Position numbers and translations under genes: made by a program
Notes under the pieces: generated by a model
The model's database searches: none
What the model was told of the DNA's origin: nothing
The model's input: the letters and a program-made list of their open reading frames with translations, nothing else
In this document: positions 1 through 10,122 of the stretch, in pieces
Numbering within the stretch: position 1 is the stretch's first letter
Layout: each line of letters opens with the position of its first letter
Assembly (NCBI GenBank): GCA_965203905.1
Contig: CBDBDQ010000005.1
Coordinates: 1,984,001-2,048,000, forward strand
DNA: 64,000 nucleotides
Direction of reading: 5' to 3'
DNA from: Spirochaetia bacterium
GTDB lineage: Bacteria > Spirochaetota > Spirochaetia > SZUA-6 > Bin103

Positions 1-873
1 ATCGACGAGCTGCTGGCGGTGGAGGATCCCGACTTCACCGTCTACAATGGGGGCGCCTCCCTGGGCTCCGCCTTCGTGGCGTTCAACCAGAATCCGGACA
101 CCATGGACCCGTTGGTCTACAGCTGGTTCAGCCAGACCAGGTTCCGCCAGGCGATGAGCTCGGTGCTCAACCGCGACCGTATCGCCAGCCAGGTGTACCG
201 CGGGCTGGCCGAGCCGGCGCTGCACTTCTTCGCCCGCGCCAACCCCTATTTCGACGAGTCGATCCGGCAGCGCTTCGACTACAACCCCGACCGCGCGCGC
301 GAGCTGCTGGCCGAGATCGGCATCCGTCCCAACGCCGACGGGCTGATGGAGGATGCCGACGGCAACCACATCGAGTTCAACATCCACGTCGGCGCCGAGA
401 ACAACGTCGGGGTGGACATCATGAACATCTTCGCCGACGAGCTGAAGCAGGTCGGCATCACCGGCAACGTACGCCCGATCGACTTCCAGAAGCTGGTGCA
501 GATGCTGACCAGCACCTACGACTGGCACGTGGCCACCGCCTCGCTGGGCTCCAACTACTGGCCCGAGGGGGGCAGCAACGTGTGGCAGTCGAAGGGCAAC
601 TTCCACCTCTGGCACCCGCTGCAGGAGGAGCCCTACACCGAGTGGGAGGCGCGCGTCGACCACCTGTACAACGATGGCCGCTTCACCATCGACAAGGAGA
701 AGGCGAAGGTGATCTACGACGAGTACCAGCAACTCCTCCTTGACCAGGTCCCGATGACCTACATCGTGTACCCGCTTGCTTTCCGAGCGGTACGCAACAA
801 GTGGGGGAACGTGTTCTACGACACCTTGAACGGCCTCGACTCAACGTATCTCTACCTGCTCGACGCCGAATAA
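1..873 (+). CDS. oppA: Peptide/oligosaccharide ABC transporter substrate-binding protein (SBP family 5), 5'-truncated by window edge
   Basis: Frame open from base 1 (IDELLAVEDP...); FNQNP..WFS..FRQAM and YNPDRARELL motifs; directly upstream of permeases and ATPases. Confidence 0.9.
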   Translation: MDELLAVEDPDFTVYNGGASLGSAFVAFNQNPDTMDPLVYSWFSQTRFRQAMSSVLNRDRIASQVYRGLAEPALHFFARANPYFDESIRQRFDYNPDRARELLAEIGIRPNADGLMEDADGNHIEFNIHVGAENNVGVDIMNIFADELKQVGITGNVRPIDFQKLVQMLTSTYDWHVATASLGSNYWPEGGSNVWQSKGNFHLWHPLQEEPYTEWEARVDHLYNDGRFTIDKEKAKVIYDEYQQLLLDQVPMTYIVYPLAFRAVRNKWGNVFYDTLNGLDSTYLYLLDAE

Positions 874-898
874 CGGCGGACGTGCGGAGGCGGCGGCG

Positions 899-2002
899 AT
901 GAGTCGGGCCGCGACCCGGCCGGCGGCGGCGCACCCCGGTCGGGGCGGGACGCTCCCGCGCCGGTCCCCGATCGGCCGCCGCCTCCCGCTGCTGTACTTC
1001 CTGGCCACGCGGCTGGCGTCGATGGTGGCCATCCTGCTGGTGCTGGGCCTGGCGGTGTTCGGGCTGATGAAGCTGGCCCCCAGCGACATGGTGGAGAACT
1101 ACGTCCGCGCCCAGATGCTGGTCTCCGCCGACCGGCAGGCGGACAACGTCTACACCGAGGAGCAGATCGCCGCCGCCAGGGCGCGGCTCGGCCTCGACCT
1201 GCCGTTCTATGCCCAGTATGCGCGCTGGCTCTACCAGGTGGTGGTGGAACGTGACCTGGGCCGATCGCTGATTTCGCGCGCGCCGATCCTGTTCCTGATT
1301 CAGTCGCGCATGGTCAATTCCCTGGTCCTGAACCTGATCTCGCTGGTATTCCTGACGCTGCTGTCATTTGCAACCGGCCTCTACTTTTCCTCGAAGGCGG
1401 GCACCAGGGTGGATCTGGCGGCGACCTTCACGGCGCTGCTGCTGCACGCCTTTCCCGGCATCCTGCTGCTGATCCTGCTGCAACTGTTTGCCGCCGTAAG
1501 CGGCTGGTTTCCGATCACCGCCTATCCCGATTTCCCGTTCCGAGAGGCGCCGCTGCCGTTCTCGTTCAGCTACCTGCACCACATCGCGCTGCCGCTGTTC
1601 GCCGCGTTCCTGGGCGGCGTGGGCGGCACCATGCGCTACATCCGCGCCACCATGCTCGATCAGCTCGGCCAGCCATGGGTGACCGCGTTGCGCTCGCGCG
1701 GCATCAGTGAACGGCGGATCTACGTGGTGCACGCCTTCCGCAACACCCTCAATCCCTATATCACCAGCAGCGCCGACCTGTTCGCGGGACTGTTCTCGGG
1801 GTCGCTGATCCTGGAGATCATCTTCTCCTATCCGGGCATCGGACGGCTGATGTACGAGGCGGTGCGCCAGGAGGACATCAACCTGGTGCTGGCCAACATC
1901 ATGTTCATCAGTTTTCTGATCCTGCTGGGCATGATCGCGGCCGACGTGCTGCTGGCGCTGGTCGACCCGCGCATCCGTTATTCCGGCAGCGGTGATGGCT
2001 GA
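899..2002 (+). CDS. oppB: ABC transporter permease, OppB/DppB family
   Basis: LGLDLPFYAQYARWL, DLGRSL, EAA-like loop (TALRSRGISERRI..HAFRN), C-terminal DPRIRY; start uncertain. Confidence 0.92.
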   Translation: MSRAATRPAAAHPGRGGTLPRRSPIGRRLPLLYFLATRLASMVAILLVLGLAVFGLMKLAPSDMVENYVRAQMLVSADRQADNVYTEEQIAAARARLGLDLPFYAQYARWLYQVVVERDLGRSLISRAPILFLIQSRMVNSLVLNLISLVFLTLLSFATGLYFSSKAGTRVDLAATFTALLLHAFPGILLLILLQLFAAVSGWFPITAYPDFPFREAPLPFSFSYLHHIALPLFAAFLGGVGGTMRYIRATMLDQLGQPWVTALRSRGISERRIYVVHAFRNTLNPYITSSADLFAGLFSGSLILEIIFSYPGIGRLMYEAVRQEDINLVLANIMFISFLILLGMIAADVLLALVDPRIRYSGSGDG

Positions 2003-3158
2003 GGCGGCGGCCCGCGTCGGGCGCGGCACGGTGCTGTGGCAGCGGTTGCGCGCGCGGCCGGTGGCGGCCGCGTCGGTGCTGGTGCTGGCGTTGCTGTACG
2101 GGGCCATGCTGCTGGCGGAGTTCCTGGCACCCTACGCGCCCACCACGGTGTTCCGCTTCCACACCCACCAGCCGTCGACGCTCGGTTTCTACTCGCGTGA
2201 GCTGGGGTTCGGACCGCAGGTGCAGCATCGCGTCCTGGTCGACGAGGTGACCCGACGCTACGCGCGCATTCGTGGCCAGCACTACCGGGTGCGGCTGTTC
2301 GTACGCGGCGAACCGTACCGGTTGTGGGGCCTGGTGCCGCTGCGGGTGCACCTGTTCGGCACCACGGCGCCGTACGTGGACGCGGAGGGCGCAACCGTGC
2401 ACGCGCCGGCGGGAACCGATCCCTGGCAGGGCACCGGCCAGGCGTATCCGGTGTTCCTGCTGGGATCCGATCACCTGGGCCGCGACATCTTCTCGCGCAT
2501 CCTGTACGGCTCGCGCATCTCCCTGACCATCGGCTTCATCGGCATCTCTATCTCGCTGAGCCTGGCGATCATCCTCGGCGGGCTGGCTGGTTATTACGGC
2601 GGGGCGGTGGACTGGACCATCATGCGTCTGGCCGAGTTGTTCATACTGATTCCGGGCCTCTACCTGATCCTGTTCCTGCGCTCCATCCTGTCCTACGAGT
2701 GGGACTCCGGGCAGTCGTTCGTGGTGATTACCGCCATCCTGTCGTTCGTCAGTTGGCCCGGTACCGCGCGCCTGATTCGCGGCATGGTACACAGCATCAA
2801 GACCGAGGACTTCGTGGCGGCCGCCCAGCTGCAGGGTATTCCGGCGCTGGCAATCATCGTCACCCAGATCATCCCGCAGATGGCGTCGATCCTGATCGTA
2901 AGCGTCGCGCTGGGCATCCCCGGCTTCATCCTCGGGGAAACGGTTCTCTCCTACCTGGGCCTGGGGATCACCGATCCGGCGGTGAGCTGGGGCTCGATGC
3001 TGAACCGCAACGTCACCCAGCTCAGCAACCTGCGCAGCTTCCCGTGGTTCCTCTACCCCGGCGTGGCGCTGATTCTGGTGACGCTGGCGTTCAACTTCCT
3101 CGGCGACCTGCTGCGCGACCTGTTCGATCCCTACCACCAGGAGCGGGCCCGTGGTTGA
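1995..3158 (+). CDS. oppC: ABC transporter permease, OppC/DppC family
   Basis: LLGSDHLGRDIFSRILYGSRISL, ETVLSYLGLG, NFLGDLLRDLFDP; overlaps oppB stop. Confidence 0.93.
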   Translation: MAEAAARVGRGTVLWQRLRARPVAAASVLVLALLYGAMLLAEFLAPYAPTTVFRFHTHQPSTLGFYSRELGFGPQVQHRVLVDEVTRRYARIRGQHYRVRLFVRGEPYRLWGLVPLRVHLFGTTAPYVDAEGATVHAPAGTDPWQGTGQAYPVFLLGSDHLGRDIFSRILYGSRISLTIGFIGISISLSLAIILGGLAGYYGGAVDWTIMRLAELFILIPGLYLILFLRSILSYEWDSGQSFVVITAILSFVSWPGTARLIRGMVHSIKTEDFVAAAQLQGIPALAIIVTQIIPQMASILIVSVALGIPGFILGETVLSYLGLGITDPAVSWGSMLNRNVTQLSNLRSFPWFLYPGVALILVTLAFNFLGDLLRDLFDPYHQERARG

Positions 3159-4341
3159 GCTGGGTTTCGGTCCGCCCTACGAGGTGGTCGGGCTGACGGT
3201 GACGTTTGCTACCGAGCGCGGGCCATTGTACGCGGTGCGGGGCGTCGACCTGGAGATCCACGCCGGCACCGTGGTCGGCCTGGTGGGCGAAAGCGGCTCG
3301 GGCAAGAGCGTGACCGCGCAGGCGCTGTTGCGGCTGCTGCCGCCCCATGCCCGGGTGACGGCGCCGCGGCTGCGCTTCCGCGGCGCGGACGTCGTGACCA
3401 TGCCGCCCGCGGAGTTGCAGCGGCTGCGCGGGGGCCGGGTGGGGATGATCTTCCAGGAGCCGGCGCGCTCGTTCGATCCGATCTACTCGATCGAGCGCTC
3501 GCTGGCCGAGACCCTGCACACGCATCGTCCCGAGCTCGATCCCGAGGCGCTGCACGCGCGCTCGGTGGCGCTGCTGCAGGAGGTGGGCATCGCCGAGGCG
3601 GAGCGCCGCCTGGCCAGCTTCCCGCACCAGTTCTCCGGCGGCATGCTGCAGCGGGTGATGATCGCCCACGCCCTGGCCGCCGACCCGGAGGTGCTGATCG
3701 CCGACGAGCCCACCACCGCGCTCGACGTCACGGTGCAGGCGCAGGTGGTGGATCTGCTGCTGCGGCTGCGCGCCGCACGCCGGCTGGCGATCCTGTTCAT
3801 CAGCCACGACCTGGCCCTGGTCGGCCAGATCGCCGACCGCCTGGTGGTGATGTACGGCGGCCTGGTGATGGAGCAGGGCCCCGCGGCCGCGGTCCTGCAC
3901 ACGCCGCGGCACCCCTACACGCGCGCCCTGCTCGAAGCCCACCTGCCGCTCGGCGTGCACTACACCGAGCAGCCGCTGCACGCCATTCCCGGCAACGTGC
4001 CCGATCCGCTGCACCCGGAGCCCGGCTGCCCGTTCGCGCCGCGCTGCGCGCTGGCGGAGGCGCGCTGCAGCCGCGCCATACCGCCGCTGGTCGCCGAGCC
4101 TGCGGCCGTAGCGGGCGCGGACGAACGCGCGGCCGCCGCCGCGGATCCCGCACCGGTGAGTGCCGCCTTGCAGGTCGCGAACGCGGGTAAACCCGCCGCT
4201 CCCGCCGCACACCGGGATCCGGTGTCCGCCGGCGCGCAGCACCGCGTCCGGGCCGGGGACGCGACCGCGGCCAGCGCGCGCCCCGCCGATTCCATCCATC
4301 ATCGCTGCGTACTGCCGGGAGCGAAGGGAGTCCCATGCTGA
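3151..4341 (+). CDS. oppD: Oligopeptide ABC transporter ATPase
   Basis: Walker A GESGSGKS, FSGGMLQR signature, [12 protein letters not shown]-terminal GCPFAPRC; Ala-rich insertion near C-terminus. Confidence 0.93.
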   Translation: MVELGFGPPYEVVGLTVTFATERGPLYAVRGVDLEIHAGTVVGLVGESGSGKSVTAQALLRLLPPHARVTAPRLRFRGADVVTMPPAELQRLRGGRVGMIFQEPARSFDPIYSIERSLAETLHTHRPELDPEALHARSVALLQEVGIAEAERRLASFPHQFSGGMLQRVMIAHALAADPEVLIADEPTTALDVTVQAQVVDLLLRLRAARRLAILFISHDLALVGQIADRLVVMYGGLVMEQGPAAAVLHTPRHPYTRALLEAHLPLGVHYTEQPLHAIPGNVPDPLHPEPGCPFAPRCALAEARCSRAIPPLVAEPAAVAGADERAAAAADPAPVSAALQVANAGKPAAPAAHRDPVSAGAQHRVRAGDATAASARPADSIHHRCVLPGAKGVPC

Positions 4342-5222
4342 CCCTGGACGCGGTCAGCAAGCGGTTCGCCCTGAAGGCCGGCTACTTCGCCGCGGCCCGG
4401 CGCCACGTATACGCGGTGCGCGAGGTGAGCCTGCGCGTCGCGGCGGGCGAGACCTACGGGCTGGTCGGCGAGTCGGGCAGCGGCAAGACCACGACCGCGC
4501 GCCTGGCGGTGGGCATGTACCGGCCGGACAGCGGTGCCATCACCTATCGCGACCGCGCTGGCGACCTGCATCAGGTCGACCGCTCGGGTGCCCGCGCGCG
4601 GCGCGAGCTGCGCACCCGGCTGGCGTACGTGTTCCAGGACCCGGCGCGCTCCCTCAACCCGCGCATGCGGGTCGAGTCGATCCTGCTCGCCGGCCTGCGC
4701 TACACCGCGAGCTGGCGCGGCCTGGACGACGGCCGCGCCCGGGCCCTGGAAGCCCTGGAGGCGGTGGGGCTGGCCGCGCGCCACCTGAGCCGCCGCCCGC
4801 CCGACTTCTCCGGCGGCCAGCGCCAGCGCGTCGCCATCGCCCGCGCCCTGATCGTCCAGCCCGAGACCATCATCTGCGACGAGATCGTCTCCGCCCTCGA
4901 CGTGTCGATCCGCAGCCAGATCCTCGACCTGCTGCAGCGCCTGCGCCGCGAGCTGGGGCTGACCCTGCTGTTCATCTCCCACGACCTGGCCGTGGTCACC
5001 TACTTCTGCGACCGCGTCGGCGTGATGCAGGGCGGCCGGCTGGTGGAAGAGGCCGGCGCCCGCGAGCTGGTTACCAACCCGCGCCACGACTACACCCGCC
5101 ACCTCTACGCCGCCGTCCCCAGACTCCCGGAACCGTTGGAGATCCGCGGCAACCAGCCCTTGAACGAAAGCCTCATTCGAGGTCTGGAGGACGCCGAGGA
5201 GCGACGTGGCAGGTACGTCTGA
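4335..5222 (+). CDS. oppF: Oligopeptide ABC transporter ATPase (no Cys-rich tail)
   Basis: [35 protein letters not shown]. Confidence 0.92.
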   Translation: MLTLDAVSKRFALKAGYFAAARRHVYAVREVSLRVAAGETYGLVGESGSGKTTTARLAVGMYRPDSGAITYRDRAGDLHQVDRSGARARRELRTRLAYVFQDPARSLNPRMRVESILLAGLRYTASWRGLDDGRARALEALEAVGLAARHLSRRPPDFSGGQRQRVAIARALIVQPETIICDEIVSALDVSIRSQILDLLQRLRRELGLTLLFISHDLAVVTYFCDRVGVMQGGRLVEEAGARELVTNPRHDYTRHLYAAVPRLPEPLEIRGNQPLNESLIRGLEDAEERRGRYV

Positions 5223-5237
5223 ATATCGGGTCTTCAA

Positions 5238-6701
5238 CTACTCCTCCGCTACGCGAATGCGCTCCAGATCGTCGTTGAGCTCGCGCACCACCGCCGGGTT
5301 GTCGCAGTAGCGGTTGTAGACTTCTCCGGGATCGTCGGACATGTGGTAGAGCTGTCCGGGGCTGCCCGGCACCGGCCCGGAGCCGGCGCCGCCGTGGTTG
5401 CCGCGCCACACGTCGCCGGAGTCGTCGCACTCGACGATCAGCTTCCAATTGCCGGCGCGCTCGCTGGAGCGCAGCGAGAACACGCCGAGGCAGGAGTGGT
5501 GGACCAGGTGATCGCGCGCCGGACGCCCGCTCTCCCCGCGCAGCGCGGGCAACAGATCGACGCTGTCCACGGCAACCCCCTCGGGCAGCTCGGCGCCGAC
5601 GATGGCGGCGGCCGTGGCCATCAGGTCCTGGAGTCCCGCCAGCTCGTGGCACCCGCTCCCCGGCTCGATGGTGCCCGGCCAGCGCGCCAGGAACGGCTCG
5701 CGGTGGCCGCCGTCCCAGATGTGTCCCTTGTAGCCGCGCCAGTCGCCGCACGAGCGATGGCCGTAGGTGCGTCCCAGGCAGCCCGGCAGCGCGCCGTTGT
5801 CGCTGGTCACGACCAGCAGGGTGTCCTCAGCCAGCCCCAGCCGCTCCAGCGCATCCATCACCTGGCCCACCATCCAGTCGTACAGCCACACCATGTCGCC
5901 GCGTGGCCCGGCTTCGCTCTTGCCACGCGCAAAATCCGGAACCGCGCTCTCGATGCACGGCTCGTGCGGCGCCGAGGCGGCCAGGTACAGGAAGAACGGG
6001 GTGTCGGGTGAGGCGGCGCGCTGCTCCAGGTACTGGAGCGCCGTGCGGGTGAAGGTCGGATCGACCTCCTTGTGCCGCCAGCCCGGCACCATCAGGCCGT
6101 CACGGCCGCCCGGCTCGATGTCGGCCTTGCGCAGCGAGGGGATGCCCACCATGCGGTCGCCGTCGATGAACCCGTACGGAGGTTGCGCGGTGGCGCAGCC
6201 GGAGGTGCCGAAGAAGCGGTCGAAGCCCAGCTCCAGCGGCCCGCCGGTGATCGGCCTGGCGAAGTCGATCTTGGCTTCCTCGGCGGCCGGCGGAGGTGGG
6301 CTGGGCCACGGCAACTCGCGGTCCAGCAGCGAGAAGCGCTCGCCCTCCCGTACTCCCCAGCCGAGGCCCAGGTGCCACTTGCCGACGCAGGCCGTGTGGT
6401 AGCCGTGCTCGCGCAGCAGCGATGCCAGCGTCGGCCGCTCCGGCTCGATCAGTGGCAACTCGTAGTTGTACAGCACTTCCTCCCTGAGCGCGCTGCGCCA
6501 GCAGTAGCGGCCGGTCAACAGGCCGTAGCGGGTCGGCGTGCAGACCGCGGACGGCGAGTGCATGTCGGTGAAGCGCATCCCCTGGCGCGCCAGGCGGTCC
6601 ATGTTGGGGGTGGGAATCCTGGAGTCGCGGTTGTAGCAGCCCGGATCCCCGTACCCCATGTCGTCGGCAAGGAGGAAAACGATGTTCGGCAAGCGTTTCA
6701 C
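5238..6701 (-). CDS. Arylsulfatase (formylglycine-dependent, Cys-type)
   Basis: PNIVFLLADDMGYGD, CTPTR (CxPxR) followed by LLTGR, GKWHLG, TSDNG. Confidence 0.95.
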   Translation of the reverse strand: MKRLPNIVFLLADDMGYGDPGCYNRDSRIPTPNMDRLARQGMRFTDMHSPSAVCTPTRYGLLTGRYCWRSALREEVLYNYELPLIEPERPTLASLLREHGYHTACVGKWHLGLGWGVREGERFSLLDRELPWPSPPPPAAEEAKIDFARPITGGPLELGFDRFFGTSGCATAQPPYGFIDGDRMVGIPSLRKADIEPGGRDGLMVPGWRHKEVDPTFTRTALQYLEQRAASPDTPFFLYLAASAPHEPCIESAVPDFARGKSEAGPRGDMVWLYDWMVGQVMDALERLGLAEDTLLVVTSDNGALPGCLGRTYGHRSCGDWRGYKGHIWDGGHREPFLARWPGTIEPGSGCHELAGLQDLMATAAAIVGAELPEGVAVDSVDLLPALRGESGRPARDHLVHHSCLGVFSLRSSERAGNWKLIVECDDSGDVWRGNHGGAGSGPVPGSPGQLYHMSDDPGEVYNRYCDNPAVVRELNDDLERIRVAEE

Positions 6702-6709
6702 GATGAAAC
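6695..6709. promoter_or_regulatory. Palindrome GTTTCA-CGA-TGAAAC over the sulfatase start codon (candidate operator)
   Basis: Perfect 6-bp inverted arms with 3-nt spacer, between the TATGAT -10-like box and the GTG start. Confidence 0.4.
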
Positions 6710-6746
6710 ATCATAACGCCAGATCGCGCTCTCGTTGACCGCCGTA

Positions 6747-6775
6747 TTGACATCGTAACTACTGGCCGGTATCCT
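6747..6775 (+). promoter_or_regulatory. sigma70-type promoter of brnTA, probably leaderless
   Basis: TTGACA-N17-TATCCT, 7 nt upstream of GTG at 6783, no SD. Confidence 0.7.
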
Positions 6776-6782
6776 CCATCGG

Positions 6783-7070
6783 GTGCACTTCGAATGGGAT
6801 CAGCGCAAGAATCGCACAAACCAGCGCAAGCACGGAGTCTCATTCGAGGAGGCCTCGGAGGTGTTCGGAGATCCGCTGCATCTGAGCTGGCTGGACGAAC
6901 GGTTCTCAGCCTTCGAGGAACGTTGGGTGACGATCGGGCAGACCGGGAACGGCCTGACGCTTACCGTCGCCAACCTGTTCTTCGACACGAATGGCGAAGG
7001 AATCGTGCGACTGATCTCCGCACGCAGAGCGACACCTCGGGAGCAACGACAATATGAAGAATCGATCTGA
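6783..7070 (+). CDS. brnT: BrnT family ribonuclease toxin
   Basis: FEWD..KN..N..KHGVSFEEA..VF.DP, E.RW.TIG, RLISARRAT..E...YE. Confidence 0.95.
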   Translation: MHFEWDQRKNRTNQRKHGVSFEEASEVFGDPLHLSWLDERFSAFEERWVTIGQTGNGLTLTVANLFFDTNGEGIVRLISARRATPREQRQYEESI

Positions 7071-7281
7071 CTGGGATGACTACGAACTTCCGGAGGAGTA
7101 CGACTTTTCCGGCAAACAGGCGGTACGCGGACGTTTCTACGCGCCGAAGAAGAAATCGGTGACGATCCGTCTGGACGATGATGTGGTGCTCTATTTCAGA
7201 AAACTCGCCGGGATCAAGAAGGTGGGCTACCAGTCACTGATCAACGCCGCACTGCGGGAACGGATGAACCACGGCCGATAA
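7054..7281 (+). CDS. brnA: BrnA antitoxin
   Basis: EEYDFS..RGRF, K.SVTIRLDDDVV.YFR..GYQSLINAALR; overlaps brnT. Confidence 0.93.
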   Translation: MKNRSDWDDYELPEEYDFSGKQAVRGRFYAPKKKSVTIRLDDDVVLYFRKLAGIKKVGYQSLINAALRERMNHGR

Positions 7282-7287
7282 CGCCGA

Positions 7288-7812
7288 CTACGTTACGTGG
7301 AAGGTGGTGGCGTATTGGACCAGCCCGAGCTTGCGGGCGACCGCCACGGACGCCGCGTTGTCCCACGATTTCACGCAGGCGAAGAACGGCTGGCACTCGC
7401 CGACGGCGTCCAGCCAGTCGCCGAACCGGGGCTGGAGCACCGACGCGCTACCCTCTGTCACGGCTACCACGCAAACGCTCTCCGGCAGATCCGGTGCGAA
7501 CCGATACGCCGGACCGTGCCACACCGACTCCACCGGGCGGTGTTCGCCGAGAACGGCGAGGAAGGGCGCCGGGTTCCACTGCTCCGGGTCCAACGAGGCT
7601 GATGCCCGCGCACAGAGGCGCTGCAGCGCGTCGGCGACGTCTCGCGGCACATCGTGGCGAAAACGCCACACGTTGCCCGCATCGGTGCGACCGAGGAACA
7701 GCCGCGGCGCCGGCCGCCCCACGGGTTCATTCGTGACCGTCATCCGCCCTTCGCCGTCCTGTGCGAAGAGCGTCGCGAGGTGCAGGCGCAGCAGCTCCCG
7801 GTGGTCGCGCAT
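7288..7812 (-). pseudogene. GNAT-family acetyltransferase with apparent internal in-frame deletion
   Basis: MRDHRELLRLHLATLF...PAPRLFLGRT..GNVWRFR..GPAY and C-terminal SWDNAASVAVARKLGL, but no R..GxA acetyl-CoA motif between PFFAC and SWDN. Confidence 0.65.
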
Positions 7813-7825
7813 CGACCGGTCCGAT

Positions 7826-9925
7826 CTACAACTCGTACAGACCCTGGAACAGCTCTGCCAGTGCGGGGTCCCGGCCGCGGATGAAGACGGGGATGCGCTG
7901 GAGTGGGGCGGGTGCGGTGATGGTGACGCCGCCCTCGTGCACGTCTTCGCCGCTCCAGGCGTCGCTCCACTCCGCGCCCGCCGGCAGGTAGACGCGGCGC
8001 TCCCGCGCCCGGTAGTCGAGGATCGGCGCCACCAGCAGGTCGGGCCCGAACAGGAACTGGTCCTCCACCTCGGCGGCGCGTTCGTCGTCCTGGAAGTCGA
8101 AGAACAGCGGACGCATCGGCGGGATGCCGCGCTCGGCGGCGACCTGCATCTGGGCCAGCACGTAGGGGCGCAGCCGTTCGCGCAGCATGATGGCGGCGCG
8201 GATATGGGGGTAGGTGTCGCCGCCGATGGTCCACGGTTCGTTGTTGTCGCGGTAGCCGTGGGTGCGGAAGATCGGCGTGAACACCCCGTACTGGTACCAG
8301 CGCACCAACAGCTCGCGGAACTCGTCGTCCTGCACCTGCGGCGTGACGAAGCCGCCGATCTCCGCCGCACCCCAGGGAATCCCCGCCATGGCCAGGTTCA
8401 GCCCCGCCATCAGGTATTCGCGCAGATGGGCGAACGACGAGGCGATGTCGTGCGCCGCCGGTGAGGCGCCGTAGCGCTGCGAGCCGGCCCAGGAGCTGCG
8501 GCAGATGGTCACCACCTCCGGCTCGCCGGCCGCGCGCAGGCCGTCGTACACGTTCTTCTGATGCGCCACCGGGTAGAAGCAGTTGGCCTCGATCCCCGGT
8601 CCGGCGTGGTAGCGCACCTTGTCGTAGTCCGCGATCAGGCTGAGGTCGTCGCACGGGTCGAGCCAGAACGTCTTGATGCCCAGATCCACGTAGTTGCGTT
8701 TCCAGCGCTGCCACAGAAATGGTCCGGCGTCCGGGTGGGTGGGATCGTACTGCAGCGTGCGCCCGCGCGGCCGGTCGGCGGGATGGCGCGGCTGCGTCCC
8801 CGGCGGGTCGCCCGGCCACCACGCCTCGGTGCCGCCAGGCCCCTTCACGTAGAGGCCGCGACGGTGGAGCTCGGCGAAGTTCTCGCTGCTCTCCTCCACC
8901 ATCACCCACGGCGAGATCATGATGCGCGCGCCCAGTTCGTCCATCTCGCGCACCATGGCCACGGGGTCGGGCCAGAACTCCGGGTCGAGCTGCCAGTCGC
9001 CCCAATGGCGCCAGTGGCGGAAGTCGATCACCAGCACCGACAGTGGCAGTCCGAGGCGCTTGAACTCGTGCGCTGCGGCCAGGAACTCTTCCTGGGTCCG
9101 GTAGCGCAGCTTGCACATCCAGAAGCCGGCCGCCCACTCGGGCAGCACCGGCGCGTGCCCGGTGACGCCGGCGTAGTTGCCCATGATGTCGGCGTAGCTG
9201 TCGCCGGCGGTGAGGTAGTAGTCGAGCTGGCGGCAGCCGCGCGACACCCAGCGGGTCATGTTGCCGCCGAATTCGACCCGACCCAGCGACGGGTTGTTCC
9301 ACAGCAGGCCGTAGCCTTCGCTGGAGACCACGAACGGCACCACGTGCTTGCAGTGGCGCTGGTACAGGTCGATCACGCAGCCCTTGAGGTCGAGGCCGCC
9401 GGTGGCGTTGAGCCCCATGCCGTAGAGCCGCTCGCCCGGCCGCGCGGCGAAGTGGTGTTCGGCGTAGTGCAGCCCCTCCTCGCCCTCCGCGGTGCGCGGC
9501 TGGAAGATGCGGGTGCCCGGGTCGTGGCAGCCGACCACGTAGTCGTGCTCCGCCAGAATCGGCACCGGCTCGGCTTCGGCTCCGCCGTCGGTGCCGGGAT
9601 GGCGGAAGAACTCCAGGCTGGCGACCGCGCGCCCGGGAGCCCGGTCGGCGAGCCGCGCCGAGATGCGGCCGTTGCGCACGGTCGCCGCGGCGTCGTCGAT
9701 GGTGACCTCGGCCGCGCCGTCGTCGGCGACCGGCTCGGTAAGCGCCCAGGCGGTGTCGAGGATGCGCGGTCCCACCGTCACCCGGACGCGCAGGCCGTCG
9801 GGTCCCCACGGCACGACGGACAGGAGCTCGACCTGCGGCTCGGCGAAGTTGCTGGCGTTCCACGGCTCGCGGGTGTGGAGCAGGCCCCCGCCCGCGCGCT
9901 TGACCCGTTGTCTTAGCGGCGTCAT
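7826..9925 (-). CDS. Glycoside hydrolase family 31 (alpha-xylosidase-like)
   Basis: GFWMCKLRY.TQEE, WPDP.AMV.E, GIKTFWLD, EIGGF, RWYQYGVFTPIFRTHG, DQFLFGPDLLVAP. Confidence 0.93.
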   Translation of the reverse strand: MTPLRQRVKRAGGGLLHTREPWNASNFAEPQVELLSVVPWGPDGLRVRVTVGPRILDTAWALTEPVADDGAAEVTIDDAAATVRNGRISARLADRAPGRAVASLEFFRHPGTDGGAEAEPVPILAEHDYVVGCHDPGTRIFQPRTAEGEEGLHYAEHHFAARPGERLYGMGLNATGGLDLKGCVIDLYQRHCKHVVPFVVSSEGYGLLWNNPSLGRVEFGGNMTRWVSRGCRQLDYYLTAGDSYADIMGNYAGVTGHAPVLPEWAAGFWMCKLRYRTQEEFLAAAHEFKRLGLPLSVLVIDFRHWRHWGDWQLDPEFWPDPVAMVREMDELGARIMISPWVMVEESSENFAELHRRGLYVKGPGGTEAWWPGDPPGTQPRHPADRPRGRTLQYDPTHPDAGPFLWQRWKRNYVDLGIKTFWLDPCDDLSLIADYDKVRYHAGPGIEANCFYPVAHQKNVYDGLRAAGEPEVVTICRSSWAGSQRYGASPAAHDIASSFAHLREYLMAGLNLAMAGIPWGAAEIGGFVTPQVQDDEFRELLVRWYQYGVFTPIFRTHGYRDNNEPWTIGGDTYPHIRAAIMLRERLRPYVLAQMQVAAERGIPPMRPLFFDFQDDERAAEVEDQFLFGPDLLVAPILDYRARERRVYLPAGAEWSDAWSGEDVHEGGVTITAPAPLQRIPVFIRGRDPALAELFQGLYEL

Positions 9926-10044
9926 GCCGCACGACTATCGGCACGCGCCGGTGGCGTGTCAACGACGCACCGGGGTACGCTGGGGTACGCTGCCGGCTTG
10001 GGAGGATGGCATCCACACCGGATGGAGGTCGCAGAACGCATACG

Positions 10045-10122
10045 ATGAGTCACCACGGTCCGTGACACGGAAGACCACGAAAACGAGGCATGGGGCAGTG
10101 CACGGTGGCCGCCGTTTTCGGG
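10045..10122 (+). repeat. Dispersed leader repeat, copy 1 (ATGAG.CA.CACGGTC..CCGTGACACG...)
   Basis: Aligns by eye over ~80 bp with 50288-50366 and over ~30 bp with 60811-60840. Confidence 0.75.

Noticed and set aside
9591-10044. N-terminal extension of the 530-aa ORF track call
   Set aside because: Overlaps the divergent GH31 gene; the real start must be downstream of ~10000
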